From a phage: 64,000 nucleotides of DNA. Numbering within the stretch: the stretch's first letter is position 1; every line of letters starts with the position of its first letter. Of this stretch, positions 16,131 to 34,499 are shown one piece after another. The DNA lies in sequence record PX246730.1; one strand, given 5' to 3'. Under the pieces are notes generated by a model. It saw only the letters and a program-made list of their open reading frames with translations, was not told the DNA's origin and did not search any database. The position numbers and the translations under genes are program-made.

Positions 16131-17483
16131 ATGTGGAATCCAATTGTTAATGTAGATATTACATTGAACACCGCAGGAACTACAAGAGAAGGTTTTGGTT
16201 TGCCACTATTCTTAGCTTCAACAGATAACTTTGAAGAAAGAGTACGTGGCTACACTTCCTTAACTGAAGTTGCTGAAGATTTCGATGAGAGGTCTGCTGC
16301 ATATAAGGCTGCTAAACAACTTTGGAGTCAGACTCCTAAAGTAACTCAGCTTTATATTGGTAGACGTGCTATGCAGTACACTGTATCAATTCCTGATGCC
16401 GTTGCTGAAAGTACAGACTATTCAATTACTGTAGCTGCTGGCGGTGGAATTTCTCAACCATATCAGTATACAGCACAAAGCTCAGATACTGCTGAGGTAG
16501 TTTTGCAACAGTTTAAAACACAGATTGAAGCTGACCCAACAATCAAAGATAAGGTTTCTGTGAACGTAACTGGTAGTGGTGCTTCTACCACAATGATTAT
16601 TACTAAAGCTGGTGATAATGACTTTGTGAAAGTAACAACCACAGCACAGACTGTATATATTGCAGGTACAACTGCTGATACAGCATCAACTGCTCTGGCA
16701 GCCATTGAGGCTTATTCTACCGACTGGTATTTCATTGCAGCAGAAGACAGAACTCAACAGTTTGTCTTAGCAATGGCTTCTGAGATTCAGGCTCGTAAGA
16801 AAATCTTCTTCACTGCTAACTCTGATGTAACAGCACTGCAAGGTACAGAATTAGCCAGTGCAAATGATGTTCCAGCACAGCTTGCTAAGAGTATGTATAC
16901 TCGCACAGTTTGCTTGTGGCATCACGCAGCGGCAGAAGACTATCCAGAAATGGCATACATTGCTTATGGTGCTCCATACGATGCAGGTTCAATTGCTTGG
17001 GGTAATGCTCAGTTAACTGGTGTAGCAGCTTCTCTACAACCATCTAATAAGAGACCTCTGACAAGTATTCAGAAGTCTGCTTTAGATGCACGTCACTGTA
17101 ACTTTATTGACCTTGATGGTGGTGTTCCAGTGGTTCGTAGAGGGATTACTTCTGGTGGGGAATGGATTGATATCATCCGTGGTGTTGACTGGTTAGAATC
17201 AGACCTGAAAACTTCTCTGAGAGACTTGCTAATTAACCAGAAGGGTGGTAAGATTACTTATGATGATACTGGTATTACCCGTATTCGTCAAGTCATTGAA
17301 ACCTCTCTGCAAAGAGCAGTCAACAGAAACTTCCTGTCATCTTACACAGTTAATGTTCCTAAAGCCTCTCAAGTTGCTTTGGCAGACAAGAAAGCGCGTA
17401 TCCTGAAAGACGTTACCTTCGCAGGTATCTTAGCAGGGGCTATCTTGGATGTTGACTTGAAAGGTACAGTGGCTTACGAATAA
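16131..17483 (+). CDS. tail sheath protein (putative)
   Basis: 450 aa ORF immediately upstream of tube, chaperone pair and tape measure; order typical of contractile tails. Confidence 0.5.
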   Translation: MWNPIVNVDITLNTAGTTREGFGLPLFLASTDNFEERVRGYTSLTEVAEDFDERSAAYKAAKQLWSQTPKVTQLYIGRRAMQYTVSIPDAVAESTDYSITVAAGGGISQPYQYTAQSSDTAEVVLQQFKTQIEADPTIKDKVSVNVTGSGASTTMIITKAGDNDFVKVTTTAQTVYIAGTTADTASTALAAIEAYSTDWYFIAAEDRTQQFVLAMASEIQARKKIFFTANSDVTALQGTELASANDVPAQLAKSMYTRTVCLWHHAAAEDYPEMAYIAYGAPYDAGSIAWGNAQLTGVAASLQPSNKRPLTSIQKSALDARHCNFIDLDGGVPVVRRGITSGGEWIDIIRGVDWLESDLKTSLRDLLINQKGGKITYDDTGITRIRQVIETSLQRAVNRNFLSSYTVNVPKASQVALADKKARILKDVTFAGILAGAILDVDLKGTVAYE

Positions 17484-17498
17484 TAGAGGTAAATTGGA

Positions 17499-17945
17499 AT
17501 GGCTATGTATCAGCAATATTCCCCTAAAGACGTTGTATGTAGCTGGAATGGTATTGCCATTGAAGGCTTTGCCCCAGACTCATTCTTACGTCTACAGAGA
17601 ACATCACCACTTATCACACCAGTTGTAGGTGCGGGTGGTCAGGTTGCTCTGACAAGAAATGCAGACAAGACAGGTACTATCGAGATTGAGCTAATGCAGA
17701 CTTCTCTCTCTAACCAGATGCTTTCTGCAATTCAAGCTAAACAAGACAATATGGAACTTGAAGAAGATATCTCTTCTAACTTCGTAATCTACGACCCATC
17801 AGGCTCTGTTCTGGCAACTGGTATTAATGCTTGGTTGCAGGAATTACCACAGATTGAACTTGGTCGTGACCAGAACTCTAAAACTTGGATTTTTGGTTGT
17901 GAGAAGCTAGACTACACTTCTACAATTCCAGCGTCAAGTGTTTAA
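17499..17945 (+). CDS. tail tube protein (putative)
   Basis: 148 aa ORF between sheath and chaperones; followed by strong terminator. Confidence 0.5.
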   Translation: MAMYQQYSPKDVVCSWNGIAIEGFAPDSFLRLQRTSPLITPVVGAGGQVALTRNADKTGTIEIELMQTSLSNQMLSAIQAKQDNMELEEDISSNFVIYDPSGSVLATGINAWLQELPQIELGRDQNSKTWIFGCEKLDYTSTIPASSV

Positions 17946-17956
17946 TAAATCCTATA

Positions 17957-17990
17957 AGGGGGAGACTTTAAAAGGTCTTCCCCTTTTTTT
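17957..17990 (+). terminator. intrinsic terminator
   Basis: GGGGGAGAC ... GTCTTCCCC hairpin followed by TTTTTTT. Confidence 0.7.
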
Positions 17991-18019
17991 GTTTCTTTTA
18001 AAAGTATTAAGGAATCACA

Positions 18020-18418
18020 ATGAAAACAGAATTTAGAGTAATTAATGGTAAGAAAGTAAATATCGTTCTGCTTGGGGCAAGAGATGGTATTAAGATGTCT
18101 ATGAAGTTGGGTAAAATTGTTGTTCCAACTTTTGCGCAGATGCTGTCAAGTCTGACTGACAAGGGTAAGAAAGAAGCTCCGACGGTTCCATTCAAAGAGC
18201 TTGTTGAAGCTTGTTTTGACAGAATTGAAGAAATTAACCTTGAAGAAATGGCTACCCTGTTATTTCAAGGGGCAACTGTTGATGACTTCCCACTTAATAT
18301 TGATACGTACTTCCAAGCAAACTACGGTGAATTTATTGATTACTTAGCATTTGCGCTGGAGGCAAACTTCGGAAGTTTTTTCGAAGCAAGCATTTTCAAA
18401 AGCCTAACTTCTCAGTAA
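18020..18418 (+). CDS. tail assembly chaperone (G-like)
   Basis: small acidic ORF upstream of tape measure; slippery heptamer near 3' end. Confidence 0.6.
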   Translation: MKTEFRVINGKKVNIVLLGARDGIKMSMKLGKIVVPTFAQMLSSLTDKGKKEAPTVPFKELVEACFDRIEEINLEEMATLLFQGATVDDFPLNIDTYFQANYGEFIDYLAFALEANFGSFFEASIFKSLTSQ

Positions 18419-18420
18419 AC

Positions 18421-18659
18421 ATGGGTAACACTCTACAGACACCACTGACTGATGCTGCTGTAGAGTCAACCTATGAAGAAGCAGACGAGATGAAATTTGT
18501 GCTTGCTATTTATGGTATGGAAGGGTGTAAAGAAACACTTGACCAACTCTTTGCTATGACATTCTCTGATTTATTATCATTGAGACAATTTCTTGAAATT
18601 CAGAGGTCGTATAAAGAGGAAATTGCTTACAACGAACTTAGAAGAGCAGGAAAAATGTA

Positions 18660-18660
<1 letters not shown>
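18421..18660 (+). CDS. tail assembly chaperone -1 frame extension (GT-like)
   Basis: ORF in -1 frame relative to 18020-18418, open from about 18373; T TTT TTC slippery site at 18376-18382. Confidence 0.5.
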
Positions 18661-26661
<8,001 letters not shown>

Positions 26662-26663
26662 TA

Positions 26664-27836
26664 ATGGCAGTAGGTGAAATTCAAATTAGTGCCTTGCCTC
26701 AAGCAGCCTTACCAATTGACCTTAGTGATATCTTCCATCTTAAGCAGGGTATTGAGGATAAGAGATGTACTCTTGAGCAATTACTTGCTCCACACTCAAG
26801 CCTAAGAAATAACCCTCATGGTGTTACTAAAACACAAATTGGTTTAGATAATGTTATTAATGCTCTTCAGTTAGTTGCTGCAAATAACTTATCAGATATT
26901 GTTGATGTATCTGAGGCAAGAGCAAATCTACAGATTATGTCTTCCGAAGAGGTCAATAGTCTTGTTCAACAGCATATTAATGATAAGAGTAACCCGCACA
27001 ATACAACTAAGGCACAGGTCGGGTTGAGTAATGTCCAGAACTGGACAACATCTAACCTTTATAATGAAGATGCAGATAAGTACGCTACAGCAAGAGCAGT
27101 AAATAACTTGTACAAGGCTGTTCAGGCTTCTTATCCAGTAGGTACTATCCATCTTTCTATGAACTCTGCAAACCCTTCTACATATTTAATTTGTGGAGGT
27201 ACTTGGGAGTTAGTTTCAAAAGGTAGGGCATTAGTTGGTTATGACTCTGATACAAGACCAGCAGGTTCTGTATTTGGTGCTTCAACTGTCACTTTGTCAG
27301 TTAATAATATGCCTCAACACTCTCACTCTGTATCTCTTAGTGGTGGTGGTCATACCCATAATGCAACTGTGTCAATTTCAGCTTTTGACTATGGGACTAA
27401 GACTACCAACTCTTTTGACTATGGAACAAAGGATACCAATACAACTGGTAACCATACACACAACGTATCAGGGAACACAAGTACAAATGGCACTCACAAC
27501 CATGATGTATACCCTAGAGAAAATGATGGTACTGGTAATGCTGTAGCTGACTCTGATGGTGGTGGTGCATGGAGAACATCAAGAACTTCTAGTGACGGTG
27601 CACACTCACATAGTTTTAGCGTTACATCTGGTACATCTGGTAACCACAGCCACTCTGTAGGTATTGGTGCTCACAGCCACACAGTCGGTATTGGTTCACA
27701 TACACACAGTGGTACTGTGACAGTTTCTTCTTCTGAGCATACACATAGTGGGAACACTAACAGTGTTGGTGGAGGTCAGGCAGTTAATATTGAACAGCCA
27801 TCCTTCGTACTATATGTGTGGCAGAGAACAGCTTAA
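26664..27836 (+). CDS. tail fibre protein with His-x-His repeat tip
   Basis: C-terminal repeats [55 protein letters not shown] resembling metal-binding HxH motifs of T-even fibre tips. Confidence 0.6.
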   Translation: MAVGEIQISALPQAALPIDLSDIFHLKQGIEDKRCTLEQLLAPHSSLRNNPHGVTKTQIGLDNVINALQLVAANNLSDIVDVSEARANLQIMSSEEVNSLVQQHINDKSNPHNTTKAQVGLSNVQNWTTSNLYNEDADKYATARAVNNLYKAVQASYPVGTIHLSMNSANPSTYLICGGTWELVSKGRALVGYDSDTRPAGSVFGASTVTLSVNNMPQHSHSVSLSGGGHTHNATVSISAFDYGTKTTNSFDYGTKDTNTTGNHTHNVSGNTSTNGTHNHDVYPRENDGTGNAVADSDGGGAWRTSRTSSDGAHSHSFSVTSGTSGNHSHSVGIGAHSHTVGIGSHTHSGTVTVSSSEHTHSGNTNSVGGGQAVNIEQPSFVLYVWQRTA

Positions 27837-27845
27837 TTTCTTTAC

Positions 27846-27868
27846 AGGGGCTTTATAGCCCCTTTTAA
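27846..27868 (+). terminator. intrinsic terminator
   Basis: GGGGCT-ttata-AGCCCC followed by TTTT. Confidence 0.6.
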
Positions 27869-27882
27869 GAGGAAAAATTATA

Positions 27883-30240
27883 ATGGCAGATTACAAGTTG
27901 AGTGAATTAAACTCAATTGATACAATTCGTTCAGATGACCTTCTTCATGTCAGGGTTAAAAAGAGACCTGAGATGTTGGGTGATGAAGACCGTCGAATGA
28001 CCTATCAAGACTTCTTAGCATCTTTTAAACTTGAAAGATTTGTTCAGATTGCTGGTAGTACTATGACGGGTGACTTAGGGATTGTTAAGTTACTTTATGG
28101 TGGTAAGGCAGTATTTGACCCTACAGGTTCTTCTGAAATTACTATTGGGGATGTTTTAAAGACTTTTAAACTTAACGCAAGTGGTCTTAAACTAACTATT
28201 GCAGATGCTTCAAGGTCAGCAACTGTTTATCATACTCTGAATAAGCCAAGTCCTAATGAGCTTGGTATGAGAACTAATGAAGAGAATGACGCAAGATATG
28301 CAAGACTTGCTGTAAATAATACCTTCAGGGGCACTCAAACTATTTTATCTGATAATGAAGCACTTATTGTTAAGAATAACACACAGGGTATGCCACTAGG
28401 TATTCGTGGTCGAGATGCAGATGGAGCTAATAGATGGTATTTTGGCAATGATAATAGAGACTCAAATACTCTTGTATTATCGAATGTAAAGACTGGTGTT
28501 TCAATTGGTATTCTTGAAAATTTGGTGTCAGTCAACAGAACTCTTCAAATTGCTGGTCAAGTTCAGCCTTCAAGTTTTGCTAACTTAGATGCTAGATACT
28601 TTACTCAGACGGCAGCTAATCAGAGATTTGCACAGTTAGCTGCTGATAATACTTTCAGAGGCGCGAACACATTTACCCGACTAAGTGTTTTCAAAAAAGA
28701 TGGTGAGGCGATTAGGCTACAGAATAACAATGCTACACAGCCATTGTACATTATGGCGATGGATAGCGAAGGTGCCAAAAGATGGTACGTTGGTAATACT
28801 GATAGTAGTGGTAACGTAGTTCTAGAAAACTACAAAACTGGTGGAAAAATTACTGTAGGGACAAGTGTTAATATCAATAAAACACTAACTGTAACTGGTC
28901 AGGTTCAGCCTTCTGACTGGGCTAACATTGACTCTAGATACATTCCAGCAGCTACTTTGAGTAATCTTGCTAAACTCAGTGACATGAATACCTTTAGGTC
29001 TGCACAAATTATTACACAAAATGGTTCATTGTTGCGACTAAAAAACACTGTTCAGGATAATGAACTGTACTTGTCTGGTCATAATGCTGATAATGTGAGA
29101 AGGTGGTACATCGGGACTGCTGATAGAACACACCCATCTAGATTCATTATCCACAATGATAAAACTGTGACCACTATTTTTATGGAAGATGACTTTTTGC
29201 TAAATAAAACTGTAAGGATTACTGGTCAAGTTCAGCCTTCAGATTGGGCTAACATTGATGCAAGATACTACGGTAAATCAGAAACTGATTCGAAGTATTT
29301 CTGGTCAGCATCCAGAGGTCTGGTAGAAGAGACTGAAGGTGGTGTAGCTTGGAATCAACCTTCAGGAATCTATCTTGAGACAACTGAGACTGGTTGGTCA
29401 AACCGCTTAGTCTTGCACCTGTTTGCTAATACGACAGCATCGACACCATCTGCACAATTAAGGTTTGATTACAGAAATGGTGGAATGTGGTATAGAACAG
29501 CCAGAGATGCAAATGGTTTTGAGATTGAATGGTCTAGGGTTTACACTAGCGCCGACAAACCAACCCCTGCTGAGATTGGTGCATACACTAAAGCAGAAAC
29601 TGACCAGAAGATTGCACAGGCAATTAGTGACTCCACAGACCTTAATAAAATCTATCCAGTAGGTATTGTAACATGGTTTAATAGTAATGTTGACCCTAAT
29701 ACAGCACTACCTGGGTTAACTTGGACGTACCTTAACAATGGTGTTGGTAGGACTATCAGGATTGCAGCAGCAAATGGTTCAGATGTTGCTACAACTGGTG
29801 GTTCAGATTCTGTGACGTTAGCTGTTGGTAACTTACCATCACACACCCATAGTTTCTCTGCAACTACTTCATCTTTTGATTATGGTACGAAGGGAACTAA
29901 CACTACGGGTGGACACACTCACTCTGGTAGTGGTTCTACTAGCACAAATGGTGAGCACACCCACTACATTGAGGCGTGGAACGGTACTGGTAGAGGTGGT
30001 GATAAGATGTCATCATATGCCGTATCATACAGGACGGGTGGGAGTTATACTAATGCAGCAGGGAACCACAGTCATACTTTCTCTTTTGGTACTAGTGGTG
30101 CTGGTGACCATTCCCACTCTGTAGGCATTGGTGCTCACAGCCACACAGTTAGTGGTAACACTGGTGGTACAGGTTCTGGTTCAGCATTTAGTGTTACTAA
30201 CCAGTTCTACAAGTTAATGGCTTGGGTAAGAACTGCTTAA
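27883..30240 (+). CDS. long tail fibre protein with internal repeats and HxH tip
   Basis: 785 aa; three repeats of (I/V)(A/T)GQVQPS(D/S)(W/F)AN(I/L)D(A/S)RY; C-terminal HxH block and terminal WVRTA matching 26664 protein (WQRTA). Confidence 0.6.
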   Translation: MADYKLSELNSIDTIRSDDLLHVRVKKRPEMLGDEDRRMTYQDFLASFKLERFVQIAGSTMTGDLGIVKLLYGGKAVFDPTGSSEITIGDVLKTFKLNASGLKLTIADASRSATVYHTLNKPSPNELGMRTNEENDARYARLAVNNTFRGTQTILSDNEALIVKNNTQGMPLGIRGRDADGANRWYFGNDNRDSNTLVLSNVKTGVSIGILENLVSVNRTLQIAGQVQPSSFANLDARYFTQTAANQRFAQLAADNTFRGANTFTRLSVFKKDGEAIRLQNNNATQPLYIMAMDSEGAKRWYVGNTDSSGNVVLENYKTGGKITVGTSVNINKTLTVTGQVQPSDWANIDSRYIPAATLSNLAKLSDMNTFRSAQIITQNGSLLRLKNTVQDNELYLSGHNADNVRRWYIGTADRTHPSRFIIHNDKTVTTIFMEDDFLLNKTVRITGQVQPSDWANIDARYYGKSETDSKYFWSASRGLVEETEGGVAWNQPSGIYLETTETGWSNRLVLHLFANTTASTPSAQLRFDYRNGGMWYRTARDANGFEIEWSRVYTSADKPTPAEIGAYTKAETDQKIAQAISDSTDLNKIYPVGIVTWFNSNVDPNTALPGLTWTYLNNGVGRTIRIAAANGSDVATTGGSDSVTLAVGNLPSHTHSFSATTSSFDYGTKGTNTTGGHTHSGSGSTSTNGEHTHYIEAWNGTGRGGDKMSSYAVSYRTGGSYTNAAGNHSHTFSFGTSGAGDHSHSVGIGAHSHTVSGNTGGTGSGSAFSVTNQFYKLMAWVRTA

Positions 30241-30247
30241 TCCCTTG

Positions 30248-30276
30248 TTGACTGATTGTTAAGATGGTGTTAATAT
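30248..30276 (+). promoter_or_regulatory. sigma70-like promoter (TTGACT-N17-TAATAT)
   Basis: -35 30248-30253, -10 30271-30276. Confidence 0.5.
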
Positions 30277-30319
30277 TCTTTATAGGTATTCTCACCATCT
30301 TGGCTGATGAGGTGATTAA

Positions 30320-30514
30320 ATGCCTACAATCCTAGCAATTCTTCTAAAAAATCTAGGTAGCTTCTTCTGGAAACTCATTTTATCCCTTCTAAGTGAATAC
30401 ATGATTGAGAAAGTGTTCTTTAAGCTTGCAAGATACCTTGCGAGTAAAACAGACACACCTATTGATGATGAGTTCGTAGATAACTTAGAAAAAGCTTTTA
30501 AGGGGGAGAAATAA
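30320..30514 (+). CDS. small hydrophobic protein (64 aa; holin-like?)
   Basis: N-terminal hydrophobic segment; position after fibres. Confidence 0.35.
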   Translation: MPTILAILLKNLGSFFWKLILSLLSEYMIEKVFFKLARYLASKTDTPIDDEFVDNLEKAFKGEK

Positions 30515-30886
30515 ATGAAGTGGCTAGAGGAAGCTTTTAAAAATAATATTGGTGCAATTGTAGTTGGTATTTTTAGTGTTATTGGGATGTATACCACGAT
30601 GCAAGTCTCAAGTGGTAAGCAAGAAGTATCTGTCACAACAAAGTTACAGCAGCTAGATAATTATTCCAAAAGTAACTATTCAGCTATTCGTGATTTGCAG
30701 TCTGACATGAGACTGATTCAGCTAGGGATGGAGAACCAGAAAGTTCAGTTAGAGAATGTTAAGGGTGAAAACGCAAAACTTACCAAAACTCTTGATAAAT
30801 TCTCTGACAGTGTGAATAATCTGGCTCAATCAGTATCAGCCCTCCAAGCTATTACTGAGAAGAACACAAAGAATACTGAAAAGTAA
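30515..30886 (+). CDS. membrane-anchored coiled-coil protein (123 aa; spanin-like?)
   Basis: TM segment IGAIVVGIFSVIGMY followed by heptad-rich region. Confidence 0.35.
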   Translation: MKWLEEAFKNNIGAIVVGIFSVIGMYTTMQVSSGKQEVSVTTKLQQLDNYSKSNYSAIRDLQSDMRLIQLGMENQKVQLENVKGENAKLTKTLDKFSDSVNNLAQSVSALQAITEKNTKNTEK

Positions 30887-30893
30887 AGTTTAA

Positions 30894-30925
30894 GGCTCCT
30901 TTTGATGGGAGCCTTTTTTGTTTTT
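30894..30925. terminator. bidirectional intrinsic terminator between convergent gene blocks
   Basis: GGCTCC-ttttgat-GGGAGCC flanked by A/T runs on both strands. Confidence 0.65.
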
Positions 30926-31823
30926 ACTTACCTACTGACAAAGGCGCTTCAATCTTTCCTGCATGTTGGTAGTTGTTAATTCCACCGATAAAATCACTTG
31001 CAGTAAGGTGTTTTAAATCACTTAGAGTGTTAAGCTGCACACCAATCTCAAAAGTAGGTGCATGGAACTCTTCATTATTCATCAGTTCATAAACCTGTTT
31101 CATATGGTTCTGATAAATCTGAGTATCTCCAAAGACACCTATCAAGTACCGTGGAGTGTATCCAGTCATCTTGCAAAGAACTTCCAGAATAAAACCATAA
31201 GATGCAATGTTAAACGGAAGTCCTAAAAAGGTGTCTACAGAACGTTGATACCATTGTAAGTCAACTTCACCTTCGTTAGTGATATAAATCTGAAACAGAA
31301 CATGACAAGGTGCTAAAGCCATTGAGTTAGCTGCAATATCTGCTGCATTCCAAGCATTAACAAGCATGTAACGGTCTGTGATATCACCTTTCATCTTCGT
31401 TACTAAGGTCTCTAACTGGTCTACAACACAACCATTATGACCTTCAAAGTTTCTCCACTGAACCCCGTAGATTCTCCCACCTGCATCCTCTAACCAGTCT
31501 TGTTCAGAAGAATAGTTAGAGCTTAACCAGCGTTTAAAATCATCTGACCAGATAGTCCAGCGTTCCCCATCATTTTCACCCCAAGTGCGATAACGGAGTT
31601 CACCAAGTTTATTCTCGCCATTCATGAACCATAAAGCTTCCCCAATAACTTGCCGTGTAAACACCTGTTTAGATGTTAAGAGTGGGAAACCAGTTCGCAT
31701 ATCAAAACGAAACTGTGGTGGAGCAAATGCAGAGATAACATCTCCAGTTCGTGTAGTACGCAGTTCACCAACGGATAAAACATGGTTCAGGATATTTTTG
31801 TAACTCAAATCAGCTTGTGACAT
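30924..31823 (-). CDS. thyA: thymidylate synthase
   Basis: motifs LAPCH, QRSVD, GLPFNIASY. Confidence 0.85.
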   Translation of the reverse strand: MSQADLSYKNILNHVLSVGELRTTRTGDVISAFAPPQFRFDMRTGFPLLTSKQVFTRQVIGEALWFMNGENKLGELRYRTWGENDGERWTIWSDDFKRWLSSNYSSEQDWLEDAGGRIYGVQWRNFEGHNGCVVDQLETLVTKMKGDITDRYMLVNAWNAADIAANSMALAPCHVLFQIYITNEGEVDLQWYQRSVDTFLGLPFNIASYGFILEVLCKMTGYTPRYLIGVFGDTQIYQNHMKQVYELMNNEEFHAPTFEIGVQLNTLSDLKHLTASDFIGGINNYQHAGKIEAPLSVGK

Positions 31824-31824
31824 A

Positions 31825-32370
31825 TCAAAAGTGTCCTTTTACTTGTGGAACATAAATTTCAAAGGTTGCTTTACCATCATCCGATGGCCTTGACTGTACC
31901 TTTGCAAATACACGGCTATCATACAGCTTCTCAAAGAAGTTTTCAAAAGGTAAATACACAGTGGCCTCTTCAGTAACTTTATGGAAAACTGTATGGAAAA
32001 CTACACCAGCATACGGTAAAGCACTGACAAGAACACCTGCACCACCAATTACAAAGACATCTTCATCAATAGAGCTATCAAGATACTTCAAAAATGCTCC
32101 AAATGACTCTTTGCTGGCCTTAGCATACATTACATCATCTTTGTCAAAGTCTATACCCAAATATGGAACAGAGTTCGTTAAGACGAGGTTTGTGCGTTCT
32201 GGTAAAGGTTTACTACCCAGAGTCTTAAAAGTTTCATTACCCATGACTACTAAGTTGTCTTTAGTGAGTCTCTTAAACTCTTGCATATCCTGTTTATGTC
32301 GAGGCCACGGCATACCAGTTGGAGTACCAAACTCCCCATTTTCACCACTTGCAAAGATTAATTTAATCAT
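31825..32370 (-). CDS. folA: dihydrofolate reductase
   Basis: N-terminal IFA..NG.FG...MPW motif, about 180 aa, adjacent to thyA. Confidence 0.8.
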   Translation of the reverse strand: MIKLIFASGENGEFGTPTGMPWPRHKQDMQEFKRLTKDNLVVMGNETFKTLGSKPLPERTNLVLTNSVPYLGIDFDKDDVMYAKASKESFGAFLKYLDSSIDEDVFVIGGAGVLVSALPYAGVVFHTVFHKVTEEATVYLPFENFFEKLYDSRVFAKVQSRPSDDGKATFEIYVPQVKGHF

Positions 32371-32627
32371 TTTGTAAACCCTTTCTTAATGAACCAGTTG
32401 ATAACATTCTTCACAGCTTTATTGCTATGGTAGATTAAGTGCGGTGTAGGTTGGTATAAACCATAAGCCCAGAAAGCAATGATTTCATTACATCCTGTAC
32501 ACCTTGTACTCTCTTCAGCAATATGACCGTTGACTATTTCACTTACCTCGCCTTGTAAGTCTGTACACCCACAATGTGGGCATCGGATAGGTGTTCCATC
32601 AGACTCATAGCAGTGTTCAATTTTCAT
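32367..32627 (-). CDS. zinc-ribbon protein (86 aa)
   Basis: CPHCGC ... CTGC cysteine pairs. Confidence 0.45.
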   Translation of the reverse strand: MKIEHCYESDGTPIRCPHCGCTDLQGEVSEIVNGHIAEESTRCTGCNEIIAFWAYGLYQPTPHLIYHSNKAVKNVINWFIKKGFTK

Positions 32628-33143
32628 CTATTTAACCTCAAAAACTGGCTCAAGAACCAATATAAAGTCTACACAGTCATCTTCTTCATCCAGAATACCA
32701 TCAAAGTTCTTAGGAACGAAGTCGAAGAGGCTCATCACAAAGCAGTCAGAAGTGACCTTGATAGTTCCTCCCATGTTCTCTACAGTTAACACTGTACGAC
32801 TTTCTTTTACCTCCCTCAGAAGATTACCCACAAAGTCATCTAAGAAGTACTTCATTAGTGACTTAAAACCTTTAGGATAATCTGTACCAGAGTATGTTTC
32901 AATCTGAGGCACAAGCTTAACATTTATACTAGTCTTTGTTAAGAACGTGTTAGAGAACATACTATCAGGTAACTTACAAACACTCTTTCCAGTACCTTCA
33001 TGTTCAATCTCAACAAAACCAGCTTCGTCGCCACATGTAACTATTTTAAAAGATGCTTCATTCTCATACTGTGAAGCCATAAACTTTTTAAGCATCTCTT
33101 TAAGGAAATCTGCATGAGCATCTTGTAAGTAGATATCAATCAT
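32628..33143 (-). CDS. hypothetical protein (171 aa)
   Basis: ORF track. Confidence 0.45.
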   Translation of the reverse strand: MIDIYLQDAHADFLKEMLKKFMASQYENEASFKIVTCGDEAGFVEIEHEGTGKSVCKLPDSMFSNTFLTKTSINVKLVPQIETYSGTDYPKGFKSLMKYFLDDFVGNLLREVKESRTVLTVENMGGTIKVTSDCFVMSLFDFVPKNFDGILDEEDDCVDFILVLEPVFEVK

Positions 33144-33156
33144 AGTTAATCACCTA

Positions 33157-33516
33157 TTATGGGAACAAACACTTAATGTCATCGTTTTTGAAAACGAAAC
33201 TTGTGTAGTTATGACCATCAACATCCAACCAAACAGCCTGAACATCTACACCATCAAGATTCTGGTAAAGCTCTTTGATGAAGTGGTCTTTCACAATCTG
33301 GCTACTAGTGGTTTCCAGCTTGATGTTTGAGATTGCTGAACCTACAGCCATATAGCCCATGACACGTTTCTTCTCAGTGTGCTTAATCTTACCATCTTTG
33401 TAAGCCATAATGAGATTGGAGAGAACCTTCACACCATAATACTTTTCAAGGTGAGTTGGTACGCCATAAAAGCCTAATGCGAAGTTTTCAGAGTGGATAA
33501 TGTTTTCACGTTTCAT
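33157..33516 (-). CDS. hypothetical protein (119 aa)
   Basis: ORF track. Confidence 0.45.
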   Translation of the reverse strand: MKRENIIHSENFALGFYGVPTHLEKYYGVKVLSNLIMAYKDGKIKHTEKKRVMGYMAVGSAISNIKLETTSSQIVKDHFIKELYQNLDGVDVQAVWLDVDGHNYTSFVFKNDDIKCLFP

Positions 33517-33517
33517 A

Positions 33518-33817
33518 TTAATCTGCCAACCTTAAATTGAAATTAACACCAAATTTTTCACACACTTCCAACATATACTCAAGAGAGACATTACCAGTGA
33601 GGTGGATTATGTTGGATACACGAGCCTGAGAGATACCACAAATTTTAGCAACTTGCTCTTGAGAAAGACCTCTGGATTTAATCTCTCTCTTAAAACGATG
33701 TGCAACGAAATCTCTCATTTCGTCTACATCCATTGGACAAATATAACTCTCCATTTCAGCCTCTCTGTCAGCCCCCCAATCATCTTGTGGAGCATAAGGG
33801 TCAAAAACCTCATTCAT
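33518..33817 (-). CDS. HTH (XRE/Cro-type) DNA-binding protein
   Basis: helix-turn-helix signature GLSQEQVAKICGISQARVSNI; start trimmed to internal Met. Confidence 0.55.
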   Translation of the reverse strand: MNEVFDPYAPQDDWGADREAEMESYICPMDVDEMRDFVAHRFKREIKSRGLSQEQVAKICGISQARVSNIIHLTGNVSLEYMLEVCEKFGVNFNLRLAD

Positions 33818-34022
33818 CTTTCTTCTTCCGTTTTCGTGAAGTGTCAATCAATGAATCTATGTTTGTAGCCCTAACCTTTTCACGTTCATCATTAAGATAA
33901 TCATCAAGAGTCTTTTCAATCTGTGAATCATCTTGACAGATAACGGTAAAGACTGTAAAGCCATCTGTATCGTCAATTATCTTACCATAACCGCTTCTGG
34001 GATGTAACTTTTTAAGAGCCAT
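33810..34022 (-). CDS. hypothetical protein (70 aa)
   Basis: ORF track. Confidence 0.35.
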   Translation of the reverse strand: MALKKLHPRSGYGKIIDDTDGFTVFTVICQDDSQIEKTLDDYLNDEREKVRATNIDSLIDTSRKRKKKDE

Positions 34023-34023
34023 A

Positions 34024-34407
34024 TTAGATACCTGTACAGCTTCTGTTTTCTAAGAAATACTCAACACCATACATAGCTTTTTGCATCAAATCTTCTTTAA
34101 ACTGAATACGATGATTGAGCATAGTTTGTACATCAATATCGTCATGGTGTTTCTCTTTAATATTTGCAGATTGTAGGAAATACTCTGCAAGAACACGATA
34201 CTGATAGTCAGTTACCTTATCAGTCATCTCTGTCAAAGACTCTTCAGAGATTGGTTTAAGTAACTCACCATTAGATAGAGCAACACCTTTTACAATCTGG
34301 CAAGTGTCTTCTGGGACACCTGATAAGTCCACATTTGGGAGTTCTGTTGCATTGACTGGTAAATTCATTGCCATAACCATTGCAGCAGCTAATAAAATCT
34401 TTTTCAT
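34024..34407 (-). CDS. secreted/periplasmic protein (127 aa)
   Basis: signal peptide-like N-terminus MKKILLAAAMVMAMNLPVNA. Confidence 0.5.
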   Translation of the reverse strand: MKKILLAAAMVMAMNLPVNATELPNVDLSGVPEDTCQIVKGVALSNGELLKPISEESLTEMTDKVTDYQYRVLAEYFLQSANIKEKHHDDIDVQTMLNHRIQFKEDLMQKAMYGVEYFLENRSCTGI

Positions 34408-34499
34408 AATGACCTCAAAGTTATATTAAATTTTGTATTACATTGAGTATAAAATAAGCTATAACACCTGACTTGTCAACAGATTTTATAGCTTATTTA

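Noticed and set aside
33518-33817. HTH protein as a lysogeny repressor / evidence of a temperate lifestyle
   Set aside because: No integrase, excisionase or attachment site in the window; a single HTH protein in an early-gene block does not support this.
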